Shown: positions 38,834 to 52,243, numbered from the stretch's first letter. The stretch is 64,000 nucleotides of DNA from Phyllosticta citribraziliensis (GCF_038025025.1 NW_027117342.1:1550001-1614000); one strand, 5' to 3'. Made by a program: numbers and translations. Notes: generated from the sequence alone by a model not told the origin.

Positions 38834-40369
38834 TCAACATTCCTTCCAAATCTTGACGCTGTCGACAATCATCTGCCCGTTCTTCTCCCATGTGGGATAC
38901 CACTGGTTCCGGGCATCCCAAAAGTCTTTCTTCGCGGTCGGCGAGTTGTCAATCCACGGCTTGCCGGACTTGCCATCAGGAAACCAACCGTTCGTGCCAC
39001 CAACAGCAACGTTCAAGACCAAGTAGAACTCTTGGTCGAAAGGCGCGTTCAATCCACCGTTGGCCCATGGGTTTGTCAACCTTGTTCCGTTGGTATCCGC
39101 TATGGGAAAGTGGCCTTGGTCCCACAAAGGCTTGTCGAACTTCATGTAAAGAACCTGAAGGAGACGGGAATCAATGTAAGTGAAGAGGTATTTCTCAGTC
39201 CATTCGAGGCCAAACGTATGAAACTTGTCGCCGTACTGAGAGTGCAGCGCAACTTTGCCTCCGGTTGTCTTGGAATAGCCGTCGTAATCGGAGCTTGGGC
39301 CCCAGTGCAGCGTGCCTTGAACGACCTGGTTTCCGCCTCCAGTCGCCTGATAGGTGTAGTTGTTTCCGCGAGACTCCATGATGTCGATCTCTCCGCTGGC
39401 TGGCCACGCCCCGTACGCGTTGTTGGTGGGAAGCATCCAGATGGCGGGCCAAAGCCAATCACCCTGCGGGATCTTGGCACGGACTTCGACGCGTCCATAC
39501 TTCATCGAAGCACTCTTCCTGGTATTCAGTCTCGCACTCCTGACAGGTGGCACGATTGTGCCGTTGGTGACGTTTGTCGCGGCCACGCAGTCAAGGAAAG
39601 CAGCCGAAGTACAGCTGCCGGCCTTTGTCAAGTCGATGACTGAGTTCTGCTCCACTAGAGCGGCATCTTGAAGGGTTGGTTTGATGTAAAGTTGACCTAA
39701 CTATTGTCTTAGAAGTGGTCGAAAGCCTTGTGGATTGGTACTGTTACCGTCTTTGATGAAGAGATTTGACTCATCGGCAGTGGTTTCGTCGAATTCGCCA
39801 TTGCTGATAGATGTAAGCGACAGCCTTGCGTTGAAGATCCAGAAATGCACTCACCCAAAGCCTCCTAGCCGGACTTCTGTCTCCCAAATCGAAGGATCAA
39901 TGTGTCCCGATGAGAAGTCTTCGTTGAGAATCGAACAGTATTGTTTGGACGACAGATTCTCCGCGATCTGGAAATAGACGAGCACTCCGCTGATGGCAAA
40001 GCCAGCGAGAATACCGATGACGGGAATTATCCACAGCCACTTGTCCTTGGAACTCTTGCCCGAAGCTCGCGGTGTCTCGACGCTGCCTTTCGGAGTTCGA
40101 CGCGACCTGAAGTAGGGCTGAGCTCCTCCGTTGCCCTGAATGGATGAACGGGAGCCTCCAAAGTTGAATTCGAAGAGCGATGCCGCCGCTGATCCGCTGG
40201 CGGTGACCGGCCTGGTCACCGGAGTCGATACAGGAGGTGTAGCAAAGGGATTGACAGGGCCATGACCATGGAAGCCCGGATGCCCAGGAAGAGTGCTTAT
40301 TCCGCTGGCCATGGATGGATGCCGCGACCGTGTCCGCAGCGAGTCGGCATATGCGTCATCATGAACCAT
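38834..40369 (-). CDS. Membrane-anchored glycoside hydrolase family 16 (beta-1,3-glucanase / glucan-recognition-like), 3 exons
   Basis: Single TM segment WLWIIPVIGILAGFAISGVLVYFQI; KYGRVEVRAKIPQGDWLWPAIWMLP; catalytic WPASGEIDIMESRGN; APFDQEFYLVLNVAVGG. Confidence 0.92.
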
Positions 40370-41700
40370 GATGATCTGGTCAACCAAAAAAAGTAGCTGT
40401 TGAAAGAAGGAAAAAGATTGGATAGTACACGGGATTTTCTCTAACGCCTAGAACAGGGTCTTATAAACATGGGCAAGGCAAAGGAAATCGCCATTGATAT
40501 GCCCGCAATTGTTTATCTGGAGTCGTTACTGGGCCAAGCAAATAGCGCGCCCCGGTCGTATCTTTTGCGAGTAGGTCCACGACGGCGCCATGAGCTGGGA
40601 GCATTCCGCGCGGCCACAGACGTTTTCTCCGCTTGACTTCCGACGTCCAACACAGCATTCCGATGAACGACATCTAGCGTAGGATCTGGTCTTGAGTCCT
40701 GGACAATCAGAACAGCGCTTCGAATACACGCTGCTCGCAAAGTGCTCTGAAGTTTTGTCATAATAGTTTCAACGACCAGCAACAGCCGATAAGAGAGACT
40801 GAATACGATACAGCCATACTGAGAGCCACACCGTCGGCAAATCACACTGGTGTCTACGAGAATAGAAGAGACGCACGGTTGTACGCCTGGCTTCAAGGTT
40901 GTGGCTGGCTCAGAGAGCTATGGTCTGTTGTGTGTACTCGGAGCCGAGATCTAGATGGTGCATCCGTTGACTTTGCACGTCAGAGTAGGTGTTTTCCCCT
41001 TACGGAAGTGGTCTGTCGTCGGTTTGGCGCCGGCCGCTTGACTAGTTCTAGCGTCGCGTCACTATATCTGACCTCTCATCTCCACAACTTCAACACCGTC
41101 CCGCGACTACGGCTTGCAACTATCGCCAGGCGCCTCGTGCGGTATGTGCCGGTGCTTCGGATACCCCGAACTGCCGTTGCAAGGTCGCATAGCTCGCATT
41201 TGCCTCTTATCTTTGCTGTCAACATGCTAACCCATGGTGCGGCTGTCGCCTTCGACTTGCTCCAAGCTTCTCTTCTGTTTCCGATTTGGGCATCGCTTGT
41301 CCGACTTTTGGGCGGAATGTTCTTCAGTCTAGATGTGGTCGTCTTTTTGCGATGTCGTAGACGCTCCCGTTCTGGCCAAACTCGCGCCACCTGCGCTTTA
41401 TCTTGTCTTGGACCCTGCTAGATGCACTGCTAAGCCACGGTGGTGCCTTTTTGGCCGGGAAACATTGATCGATCAATTGTTTATCGGCTTCTTGGGTGTG
41501 TGCCGTTCACCGCGCTCTTGGGGCTTCCGTATTTATCTACTCCTAGTCCTCCGAATTTGGAAGCATACGAGGCCTTGTCTGCTACATCTCTCGTACCACC
41601 CCGTTCCATAATTCTTTTTCTTTTCTGAGCTTGTTTTCGATATTATCTCTTTGACGAGGCGTTCTTTCTCCTCTTTCAAACACCTTTGCTTTGGGAAGCT

Positions 41701-44680
41701 ATGGGATACTTTAGGAGCAGCGACAAGCCTACAGAGAAGCCCGCAGAAGCGCCTGCAGACAAGACGATTGGGACACAGTCCTACGACAATATTCCTATCC
41801 CAGAGATCCCGCAACACGACACCTCGTCCATTTTTGCACCTGGCTCGGCTTACCACAGCCGCAACGGGTCATCTGCTGGTCTATCAACACACTCTCAGAG
41901 CTACCGGGACTCTGCATTCATCCACGACATTCGGCATGCGGTCATCATCAAGTAAGCTTCCACTTCTCATGATCATGATTGTACCAAAAAACTGATACTG
42001 ATACTTTCCCTAGCCATTTGTACGAGCGTCAAGTCTCGTCACGATGGATTCAAGACTTTAGCGGTGTTGCCGAAGGCTGTTTGTTGAAGAAAGCTCGCGG
42101 CGACTACATCTGCTACCCAGAGAGCTTGATTGAGTCGACTTTGGCCCAGTCAATAGCAACGCTGAACGTCCAGGTAAAATCTTTCAGATCCAGTCCAGGA
42201 GTAATGCGCTAACCTCTTCGCAGGCGGCCTTGACTGTCAAGAGCAAAGTCGTCTCCACCTACATTGAGCGAGCAACTGACTCCGAAATCCCGATCAAAGA
42301 TGGACTGAGAATCCAAATCATACCCACCATCGAGGAGCTCGTGTATGCTAGGAAGCACCAGTATGCGGCCTTCATTGCCTCGGAATCCATGCTAGTCGTG
42401 TGGGATGACAACCCCCCGAACCTGCCAAGCAGGGCAGAGGCCATCCAGTCTGATCTCCTCAAGTCTGCGCTCGATTCATACGAGCACGGTCTACGGGAAA
42501 AGGGTCCAATCGTCGCCGAAGAAGAAGTTGATGCCGAAGCTGGCACCGAGAAACCTCGCCCGACAATGTACTATAACACGATCTTGACGGGTTTCAGTTT
42601 GTGTCTGCTTGTGGTTCTTTCTGGCCTTGGTTGGGCAACAATCGCGAAGGAGGTCTTGCTACTTCGCCGATATGCGTCTCTTGCTTTCCTGGCCATGATT
42701 CCGATCAACTGGTTCCTCGCCATGGTAAGCTTCCTCCCAGTCATGGTAAGCTTCCTCTGACTGACATCGATGCAGTTCTTCACGACAGTTGTCGTGTGCG
42801 CCTTCGCTCGACTATTCGGTCCCGTCTCGTACTTGGACACGAACTCCAAATTCTACAGTGCGAAGCGGCCAGTGACGAGGCTTCAAAAGTCGCCGGATGT
42901 GCCACTTCCTCATGTCACCATCCAATGTCCTGTCTACAAGGAAGGTCTCAACTCCGTCATCCAGCCCACTGTCCGATCGATCAAGAAGGCTATTTCGACC
43001 TATGAGTTGCAAGGTGGAACGGCCAATATTCTGATGCACGATGATGGCATCCAGCTCATCAGCGAAGAGGAGAAACAAGCCCGCATTGACTTTTATACTG
43101 ATAACAACATTGGCTGGACGGCAAGACCCAAGCACGGTGCCGATGGATTCGTACGCAAAGGCAAGTTCAAGAAGGCTTCAAACATGAACTTTGGTCTCAG
43201 GCTCTCCAACCTGGTCGAGGAACGCCTCAACAAGGTCGAAAGACACGACAAGTGGTCATCTCGGGATGAGAATGAAACATACGAAGTTTGCCTTCAGGAA
43301 ATTTTGGAGGAGGAGAAGATTGCTTGGGCTGCCGGCAACATTCGCGTTGGCGTACGTTTGACCAGTTCTGATTCGACCCCGTGGCTTAGCTGACTGTTTG
43401 CAGGATTACATCTTGATCATCGACTCGGATACCGAAGTTCCGGAAGACTTCCTCCTAGATGCTGTGAGCGAAATGGAGCAGAGCCCAGACGTCGCCATCA
43501 TCCAGTTTGCATCTGGCGTTATGCAAGTGTCATGGGACTTTTTCGAAAACGGCATTACCTTCTTCACAAACCTCATCTACTCTGCTATCAACTTTGCCGT
43601 TTCGGCAGGAGATGTGGCGCCGTTTGTCGGGCACAATGCCATCCTCCGCTGGTCCGCAGTCCAACAAGTTTCCTTCATTGACGAAGAGGGCGAAGAACGC
43701 TTCTGGAGCGAGACGTCCGTCTCGGAAGATTTCGACATGGCACTCCGACTGCAGATTGAGGGCTACATTGTCCGACTATCCAACTGGGCCGATGGAGGTC
43801 TCAAGGAAGGAGTGTCACTCACGGTGTACGACGAGCTTGCGCGCTGGGAGAAGTATGCCTACGGCTGTAACGAGCTTGTCTTCAACCCTCTCTACCAGTG
43901 GGTCTACAAGGGACCTTTTACCAAGCTGTTCAGGACTTTTGTTGGATCCACAATGCCCCTGGCATCCAAGCTCAACATCATCTCCTACATTGGCACCTAC
44001 TACGCCATTGGCTGTGCCTGGATCTTCACCCTGATCAACTATGTTGCCATTGGAGAATACAACGGATACCTTGACAAGTGGTATACTGAGTCTTGGAAGA
44101 TTTGGTTGTCCGTCGTTGTCGTTTTCAGTCTCGTGGGTAATTTTACTCTAGCCGTCGAGCGGTACCGTATTGGACAAAAGGGGTTCCTCGCTGCAAGTGC
44201 GTAACTTACCCATGATATTCCCCTTTCGACTTGACCGACGATTTCTAACTATACTCCAGTCTTCGAGAACTTCAAGTGGCTTCTTATGTTCGTCGTCTTT
44301 TTCGGCGGTATCTCTCTCCACGTCTCCCAAGCCATCCTGGCGCACATGTTCAGCATCGACATGCAATGGGTAAGCATATCTACACACATCCACGCGTACA
44401 TCCTCGCTAACGCAAGATCTCACAGGGCGCAACTGCAAAGGAAGTCGAGCGATCGAACTTCTTCCTCGAGGTCCCCAAGATTGCAAAGCGCTTCAAGTGG
44501 TCGATGCTGTTCTGCCTTCTCATGATTGCTGTCATGATCGTCATGGCCATTGGCCCCTTTATCCCCTGGAGCTGGAACATCACCGAGTTCACGGCAATCT
44601 TCCCCCTCGCCATGATGGTCGCCAGCCACTTTTTGCTGCCCATCGTCTTGAATCCCAGCTTGATGGCATTTACATTTTAG
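41701..44680 (+). CDS. Multi-TM processive glycosyltransferase family 2 (Glyco_trans_2_3-like), multi-exon
   Basis: VTIQCPVYKEGL; HDDG; FKKASNMN; LIIDSDT; SVSEDFDMALRLQ; DELARWEKYAYG; two N-terminal and several C-terminal TM helices. Confidence 0.9.
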
Positions 44681-45151
44681 AGACTGGTGCTGCACCTTTC
44701 CGACCCAAAAAATACATCGACTCGGTCTGTCCTTCAGCGCATTTAGAATTTTGGCGCTAGATTAGGAGTCCCGGTTTTCTGTGGGCGGCTTCTTCGTTAT
44801 GACATCAAGATCTTTTCCTTTCTATTTTCACAGTTACTTACTCTTATAGACATTGCGCTTGCAGCGCGCATCAATTTCTTTACGTTGTGGCCATGATGGC
44901 GGAAAGGCCTTCGAAAGAGGATTAATACGTAGTAATTTCTTCAGACCATATCTTCTCTTCGTCTCTCTGTCTCTCCGTTTCTTTCCTGGTCTTCATCTTC
45001 ATCTTTTCTTCTCCTGCTGTTCAATACCTTCCCAACCAGTCAGATTGTTTCATGTCCGCAGATGAAAAGGAATCAGCGGAAAGACGAGCAAGCATACACA
45101 CACCATAACAGCTCGCAAGGCCAAAGCAAGGTTCCAAGAAGTACACCGTCA

Positions 45152-46879
45152 TCACAGCGGCACACTCGCGGCATTTTCTTTCCAAAACGCACACCGTTTG
45201 CTCAACAAGGCAATGTCGTGCGTCTCAAAAGAATCGCTCTTGATCACCCACTCCTGTCCCGACTGCAAAGGTGGCACCGCCGTGTACGGCTTCTTGGCCG
45301 CACCAGATTGCGGTGGTGGTCCTTGCGCGTTTGGGTCGCCTGTCTGGAAGAAACTACCAAACGCTCCCGCGTAGCCGTGGTAGATGAACGGGTCTGTCTG
45401 CTGGATCTCGTTGACCTGATTCCACTGTCAAAAAGTGGAGGTCAGTGAGTTGTCCATATTAAACCATATTGTTGCTTGGGAGCCCCCAATCGCCCCCAGG
45501 TTGAGATGCACGAAGAGAATGGAGATAACAATACGCACGTATATGGTGTCACTGCCATGCTTGGCCGGACTGATCGTGTACTCGCCCAGATACGCCTTGC
45601 TACCTTGTGTAGCTTGAGCAGCCTGAGCAGCCCAAAGGCCCGGACAAGCCAAAACCGAGTCTCTGAAGATGAGACCAGCGCGTACACGGGTGGAATCCAA
45701 AACAGTATTCTCTGCCTGGCCGTCGAGGGGATACAGGGCTTTCACAGCCGCGATATTTGCATCGTTGAACCGCGGCAGGTAGCCATGCAGCCAGGCGTCA
45801 AGGGCGGGATCGTCCTTGTCCCTGCCGCTCCCCGAAAGACTACTAGGAAGGAAGTTTTCGCCCTCGTGCGTGTTGTACATGGCCCATACTGTGGTTCCAG
45901 GGGCCAGCGTGGCCAAGGAGCTGAGTGGCGCGCGGAGAAAGTCGCCGTCGACCACGGGCGCCCAGTTGAACGAGCTGGTTGTGTACGTATTGGCGGCACT
46001 GATTTGCAACGCAGCTTCGCGCAGCTTCTGCACGTCGGCGGCCCGCAGGCATTCGAGGCTTTCCTCGGGGTTTCCAGCGCAACCCGCCAGGCTGGCCAGC
46101 TGTTCATACAGCGCTTCGGCCTCGGGCTCGTCGTAGCGGTACGTCTTTGGCCAGAACGGCGAGCTTGCCAGCGCGCGGTGGAAGAGCTTGGGACCTGAAT
46201 TTTGTTGCAGTGCTTGCGCAGCTACCTGTCCGATTACCGAACCGGCGCCTGCGGACTGGCCCCAGATGGTCACATCGTCTGGGTCTCCGCCAAATGCTGC
46301 AATGTGCTTCTGAACCCATTCGAGCGCGGATCGCTGATCAAGAAGGCCGACGTTCAAGTCGGCTGTTGGAGAGTCCTTGACATGCCGACCAGGCAGGAAG
46401 CCAAATGCGTTGGTGCGGTAGTTGGGATAAACGACGACAAAGTCGTTGGCCGGGTCTACCTTCAAAATGGGGTAGGCGGACGGCGGCAAAGTGAAGCTTG
46501 CGCTGCCTCGAATGAAGCCACCGCCGTAGAAAACCACAACCACAGGGCGCTTTGGGCGGGTCTTGGTGTCCCAGGGTCGCGAATATATTCCCAAGTAGAG
46601 ACAATCTTCGGAGCCGCTGTTCTCTCGCTGCGGGCACATGTCAAAGTCCTGGTCCGTATCGTACACCACATTCTCGGGTATGGCCGCTGGTGGTTGCGGC
46701 GCGCGGAATCTGTTTGCTCCAGCAGTCGATGCACCAAAGGGAATCTTGCGGAAATACGCAATGTTGTACGTTTTGTCGTATTTGCCTTGGAACTTGCCAT
46801 AATCCAAGGTCACGAGAGGGTTCTCAGCGGCTCGAGACAGACATAAGAGATGGAGCAAAAGCACTAGTTTCCTGAACAT
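45152..46879 (-). CDS. Secreted type-B carboxylesterase/lipase, 2 exons
   Basis: Signal peptide MFRKLVLLLHLLCLSRA; SEDCLYL; YGGGF; NYRTNAFGFL; FGGDPDDVTIWGQSAGAGSV; His motif AKHGSD. Confidence 0.92.
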
Positions 46880-47367
46880 TACGACTTGACAAAAAGACTG
46901 AGGACGCGTTTTGTCACTAGAATCGTGTATACGTACATCTTTATGTTCCTGCAAAGAATGAGTGCAGACGATTCAACGGGCATTGACACGTCTGCAGCTT
47001 ATCAGGACCACGGATTATTTTGAGGTGTCACGCACGACTTGATTTCAGGCTCAAAGGTCTTATTTCTCCGCGATGCGCATCGACAGCCCCGCGTGGCGCC
47101 CCGCACGACCACTAGACTTTCGCGGGAATGCGTATTCGGAACAAGTCATCAAAAGAGCGACGACTTCGCTAGTATTTGCGCCGATGGGAATGCACGATGT
47201 CAAGGCCATCTAATCTGGCTTTGGTTTTGCTTATTTCTTTCAACGCCCTTGGTCCGTGGTACGCCGCCACAGGTTGTGATAACAAAATTAGCTTTTCGAT
47301 CACACCTATCGTGATTAAAACCGGGGAACGCCGTTGCTACTGGGAAAATCGTGGACTAGCGAAATAT

Positions 47368-49470
47368 TCACTTGCTCTCAAAGTACTCCTCAATCCTCTC
47401 GATAATGTCAGCTTTCTTCCCTACAACAGAGACGTGCTTCGCATGTGCCCAGTCTTTGAGGTTGGCCACTGTAAACTAGGAACGGTTAGCCTTCAACTTA
47501 AAAGGTATTCCCATGTTGTCACCACTTACCTTGTTCAGAGTTCCCTTTTCCCAAGCCTTCTTCATCTCGGCATCGTCAACTCCACCCGCACTTCCATTCT
47601 TACTGCCAGCACCGTTTTCGGTCTTCATTCGTTTGGGGACGGACTTGGGAAGGTCTTCCTCTGCTGTCCTCTTCTTTGAGACTGACCAGACGTTGAATTC
47701 TTCGTCCACGAGTTTGCCCCAGCTGACAATCTGTTCGCCAACACGCTTGATAATCTGTCTGTGCCTGGGAATCGTCTTATCCTCTGGCTGCTCCGGCAGC
47801 TCATCCTCCAGCGCAATCGCTTGCAAGATGCGATAGAACCACTGCAAGCTTGGATTTGGATACTTCGCGGGATCGTACTCGCCCTTGGGCAGGGTGAGGT
47901 TCTGGACAATCTCGCGCATGTAGTCGACGGTAGTGTCTGGAGCCCGCACCAACGTCGTCTCTGGGATCTGGCGAATGTCGTCAACATATGGGAGAGGAAT
48001 GGCCCAGAGACCTGGTGGACGGATCTGCTCGTTTCTATCACCGAGCTTCTCGGCCCCTGGAACAAGCGCCGCGAGTGTGGGTACGGCGTTGCGACGAGGA
48101 ATGAACCAAGCCAAGCCGAACTTCTGGTCCTTGAGCAGCTTTTGCTGGAGCGCAGAAAAGACGCGCGTGGATCCAACAAAGTCGGATTCGGAAGGGTAAA
48201 TTAATGTAGGTGAGCGCAGGTTCGCCCAGTCGGGAAGGCAGGCCATGGGCTTGAAGCCAATGATTCGGATGACAGGGTCGCCAAAGTAGCGGATCTTTTT
48301 GGTTTCTTCTTCGGTAAAGGCAATGCTCTCACCGCCGAATTTGTAAGCCTTTCGAATCTCTTCTTTCTTGATCTCGCGGGCTGTGTCTTCTGCGACTCTT
48401 GAGGACGAGCCTACTGCGATTTGTGGCTTTTCGCCATTCAACCAGATGTAGCAGCTCCGTACCCTCTCCTGACGTTTGATCAAAATGTAGCCTTTGACAC
48501 CAACCTTCAAGCCTGGGCCAATCTCGAATGGAAGGCTGAAAAGCGCTCGACGAGGGACAGCTTTGGAATTGATGTTTGAAATGAGAGACTGGAGAAGGTT
48601 GATACCTTCACCTCTTTCGAGGGGCTGGGCCGTGTTTGTCACTGGAGCTGGGGCCTCAAGGTCGCCTAATGGCGGACGGTAGACAATGTTCTGCGCACGT
48701 TAGTCTAGCCTTGGTGGAAGGCGAACATAAATCTTACATCGTAAAACTTCGTTCTGTCAAAGCCACGATCTGGATGCGAGATAGGGAAGAGCTCGATGAC
48801 GACGCCCAAATCATACAAGTCCTTGGCTCTGACAGCTGCAGCGGAACACAAACTCTTGTCATCAGCGTGAGGGTTGTCGTTATCAGTAACAAGAAACAAT
48901 CTCCTGGACGAAAAGTTGGGTGCCTTTGTCGTAAAGATTTGGTTTGCGCAAAAGAGGACATTGGCCATGGAGACAGGCTCCTCTGCTGGAACCAGCAACT
49001 TGTGTGCTTCCTCCTCATCCTCAACGAGATTCCTCAGCCTCTTGACGTCCAGAGCTGCAGGAACCTCTAGGTCTGTCAACAGGTAGCAGTGTGGGTATGC
49101 AAGTCCTCCTCCATTGCCAGATCCTTCATCCTGAAACCTTGACTCTTCGGTGCCGAAAAGCAAGACTCCCATCATGTCGGTGGGATGCGAGATGATGCGT
49201 TGCTGCATGAGCTGATAGGCACATTTGAGGGCGGCAGATGTGGGAGAGTCGCGATCGGCTTTCTTCGCGTCGGAGAGAGACGGCTTCTTGAGCATGGATT
49301 TGCTGACGTCGATTGCGAATAGCACGGCATCTTTGACGGTCTTGTAGCCCTGTGCTTCTTGTGAGCTTCAGCAGCGTAGCTTGTAAGAGAGGACGTACGG
49401 TCTCGTCGACGGCTTCCTCGTCCTCGTCATCTTCCTCATCTTGTTTGTAGCGATCTTGCGGGTCTGCCAT
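47368..49470 (-). CDS. KU70: Ku70, NHEJ DNA end-binding subunit, multi-exon with C-terminal SAP domain
   Basis: [69 protein letters not shown]; final exon LTVANLKDW...KKADIIERI. Confidence 0.96.
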
Positions 49471-49915
49471 GGCGACTCTATCTCAGGGGCGGAGGTTGGA
49501 TGGACGGGTACGTTGCAAGAGCAGCAGCACCTTAGGTTTGTCGCGAGACGCGGACGTCATTCTGGGCGCGACGGGACCTGGAAGGCAGCAGCAAGGGCAC
49601 GGGCCACACAAACGCGCGATCATGTGCTGACTTAGTCATCAACCGTCCAATTATTCACCTAGCTTGCGATGGCGAAGCAGTCTAACGCTAGACCAAGACC
49701 AGCATCTTTCTCTCCCATCAAAACACCGCCCACCTCCACTGCACTTCACACTATGCTGCAGGTCACATCGTTGAGATCACATCCGGATACGTCTCGGTAC
49801 TACGTCATCATGGCCAGGCGAGACCCTCCCCGCTCTGTTTGGCCCCATGTTGAAACTTCTTCGCCAAAAGATATCTTACCACCTGCTTCAAGACACTTTT
49901 TCCATTTAATATGCT

Positions 49916-52243
49916 ATGAATCCCTCGCATTCATTGACGACGAGCGGCCATCCCCTGACCCTTTGCCGCTCATGTTCAAAGCTTGATTTTGCAAGCCTCA
50001 CGAGACCTCCAATACCTTGTCGGAAGCCGCTTCCTTGCGACACGGCACTCGAGGATGAAGACATCATAGTTCACGCGGAGGAAGAAAATCCGAAACACTT
50101 GCCGCTTGGTTCCTTGGATGAGATTCGGAGCCGTCGTTATGAATGCGGGCTGTGTTCTTTAGTCGCCGATTGCCTAGACCAGGAACCTTCCGATGCGGCA
50201 GGAACTTGTCGCCTCATCGAGCACACGGAGATTTGCTCTTTTGAGCTTCCAGACGGATTCCATGCCTCTGCTCCGACTTTTGCGCATTTTCATTACACTC
50301 GCCCAAGTGTTCTTTTCGATCCCTCGAGCACGAACAATTTCCAAGGACCTGTTCTTCCATGGGAATTAAAAAGGGCGAGCAAGAACCGAGCGCAAAGAAT
50401 CATTCAATTTCAGATCAAAGCCAACAACAAAGGTCACTCTACCTCTCGAAGCGAAGAGCAAAACATCATCGATGGACTCGGTGGCAGACAGGTCACCGAG
50501 CAAGTCGATGCATACTTGCTCAAGACTTGGCTTCACCTGTGCGAAGACCATCATGGACCACAGTGTAGGGAGCCTATGCGTTTTCCTTCGACACAGGAGA
50601 CCGGACCTGCATTAGTGATCGACGTGACAGAGTCTTGCATTATCGACACACCCTTGAGCTGCAGATACGTTGCATTGTCCTACGTCTGGGGATCAGCGTC
50701 AGTGTTCAGACATTTGAAAGAAAACTCAGAGAGGATTCGAAAGCCGGGCTCGTTGGAAGAAGTGCAACTGCCTGATACAATCCGGGACTCGATGCTACTA
50801 GTCCGAGAGATAGGCGAGCGCTACCTGTGGGTCGACTCCATCTGCATTATCCAAGATGATTTCAAAACCCAACAGTCCCAAATTCAGCGCATGGGGTCCA
50901 TTTACTCCAAGGCTATCTTTACTATTGTCGTGGCTTTCGGCGACGGTGCCAACAGTGGCTTGCCTGGCATCCGCCCGGGAACTCGGAAGCAAGTGCAGAA
51001 AAAGCTGTGTATTGCTGACAATGAGCTGCTAACTGTCATTGACAACGATGACGTAAACGAAGGTATCGAAGACTCGATCTGGGCGATGAGGGCCTGGACC
51101 TTCCAAGAGCGACTTCTTTCCAAGAGGGTTCTTGTATTCACCGAGACACAAATCTATTGGAACTGTCGCTCAGCTGTATTCTCCGAGGAGTTTGCAGCAG
51201 AACAAATCAAGAATGTTTCGTACCATCACCTGTCTATCGGTCAATCGTACCTCCACCGCGATATACCAGACCAGGAATTGGCCCCAGGCGAGTTTTGCGA
51301 ACTATATCTTTACATTTGCGCGGCGTATCTTCAGCGTCGGCTCACTTACCAGTCCGACATCCTCAACGCTTTCGCTGGAATTGCAGAGATTCTCTCCATG
51401 CGCCAGAACGACATCTTTATCTGGGGACTTCCCCAGGCACACTTTTCCGATGCGTTGACGTGGAGGTTTACCGGATACCACACGCGTCACGGCGAGAAAA
51501 TCCCTATCATGACACCCAACGGCCACGATCCCGAAAACATCTCGATCCCGTCTTGGAGCTGGGCAGCTTGGTCTGGCGAAGGCAACCTTCCTTGGCTGGG
51601 GACTGGGTGGTTGAATCCGTGGGCCCCCAACGGTATCGAGACAACAGCCGTGATCAATTTCAACATTGTGGGTAACGCGGGCAAGTTGGTCAGAATCCAA
51701 GAGAGACTCCCCGCGACTCACGGCCACACCAAATCAGAGCGCCTACTTGCCATGTGGAGGGATTTTGATCATCGGAATGACACACTAGGCCACTGTTGTG
51801 ACATCACCTTGAGCATCGGCCAAATTCACTGTTGGACCAGCATGGCAAGACTCCGCGTCGTCCGAAAGGAAGTGGAGAAGCCACAGTCATCGGAGTGCGA
51901 CATCTATCTCGCAGAAGATGACCCCGACCTCCCCGCGGATGAGTGGTTTCTGTCAGGCATGAAAACAGACTCGACGTCACACATCCATGGGGAGATATTG
52001 GAGCCAAACTCCAAACTCCGGGCTCTGAAATCAGAAACTTACAGCAGCGGGGTGGATTTGATCTGGCTTGATTTTGTAGTAGTAGCAAAGACAGAGGCAT
52101 ACGACTCGGAAAGTGCAAGCTTGAAGCTCCTTGCCGTGGAGTGGAAGGACGGTGTTGCCCATCGTTTGGGCCTTGCGTCGATTCTGGAACCGGCATGGAT
52201 AAGCGTGAAGAACAGGCAATGGAGGCATGTTGTTCTGGGGTAG
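49916..52243 (+). CDS. HET-domain (heterokaryon incompatibility) protein, intronless, 775 aa
   Basis: YVALSYVWG, RYLWVDSICIIQDD, IQRMGSIYSKA, RAWTFQERLLS, SDILNAFAGI, IPSWSWAAW; N-terminal LCRSC...CGLC. Confidence 0.92.
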   Translation: MNPSHSLTTSGHPLTLCRSCSKLDFASLTRPPIPCRKPLPCDTALEDEDIIVHAEEENPKHLPLGSLDEIRSRRYECGLCSLVADCLDQEPSDAAGTCRLIEHTEICSFELPDGFHASAPTFAHFHYTRPSVLFDPSSTNNFQGPVLPWELKRASKNRAQRIIQFQIKANNKGHSTSRSEEQNIIDGLGGRQVTEQVDAYLLKTWLHLCEDHHGPQCREPMRFPSTQETGPALVIDVTESCIIDTPLSCRYVALSYVWGSASVFRHLKENSERIRKPGSLEEVQLPDTIRDSMLLVREIGERYLWVDSICIIQDDFKTQQSQIQRMGSIYSKAIFTIVVAFGDGANSGLPGIRPGTRKQVQKKLCIADNELLTVIDNDDVNEGIEDSIWAMRAWTFQERLLSKRVLVFTETQIYWNCRSAVFSEEFAAEQIKNVSYHHLSIGQSYLHRDIPDQELAPGEFCELYLYICAAYLQRRLTYQSDILNAFAGIAEILSMRQNDIFIWGLPQAHFSDALTWRFTGYHTRHGEKIPIMTPNGHDPENISIPSWSWAAWSGEGNLPWLGTGWLNPWAPNGIETTAVINFNIVGNAGKLVRIQERLPATHGHTKSERLLAMWRDFDHRNDTLGHCCDITLSIGQIHCWTSMARLRVVRKEVEKPQSSECDIYLAEDDPDLPADEWFLSGMKTDSTSHIHGEILEPNSKLRALKSETYSSGVDLIWLDFVVVAKTEAYDSESASLKLLAVEWKDGVAHRLGLASILEPAWISVKNRQWRHVVLG

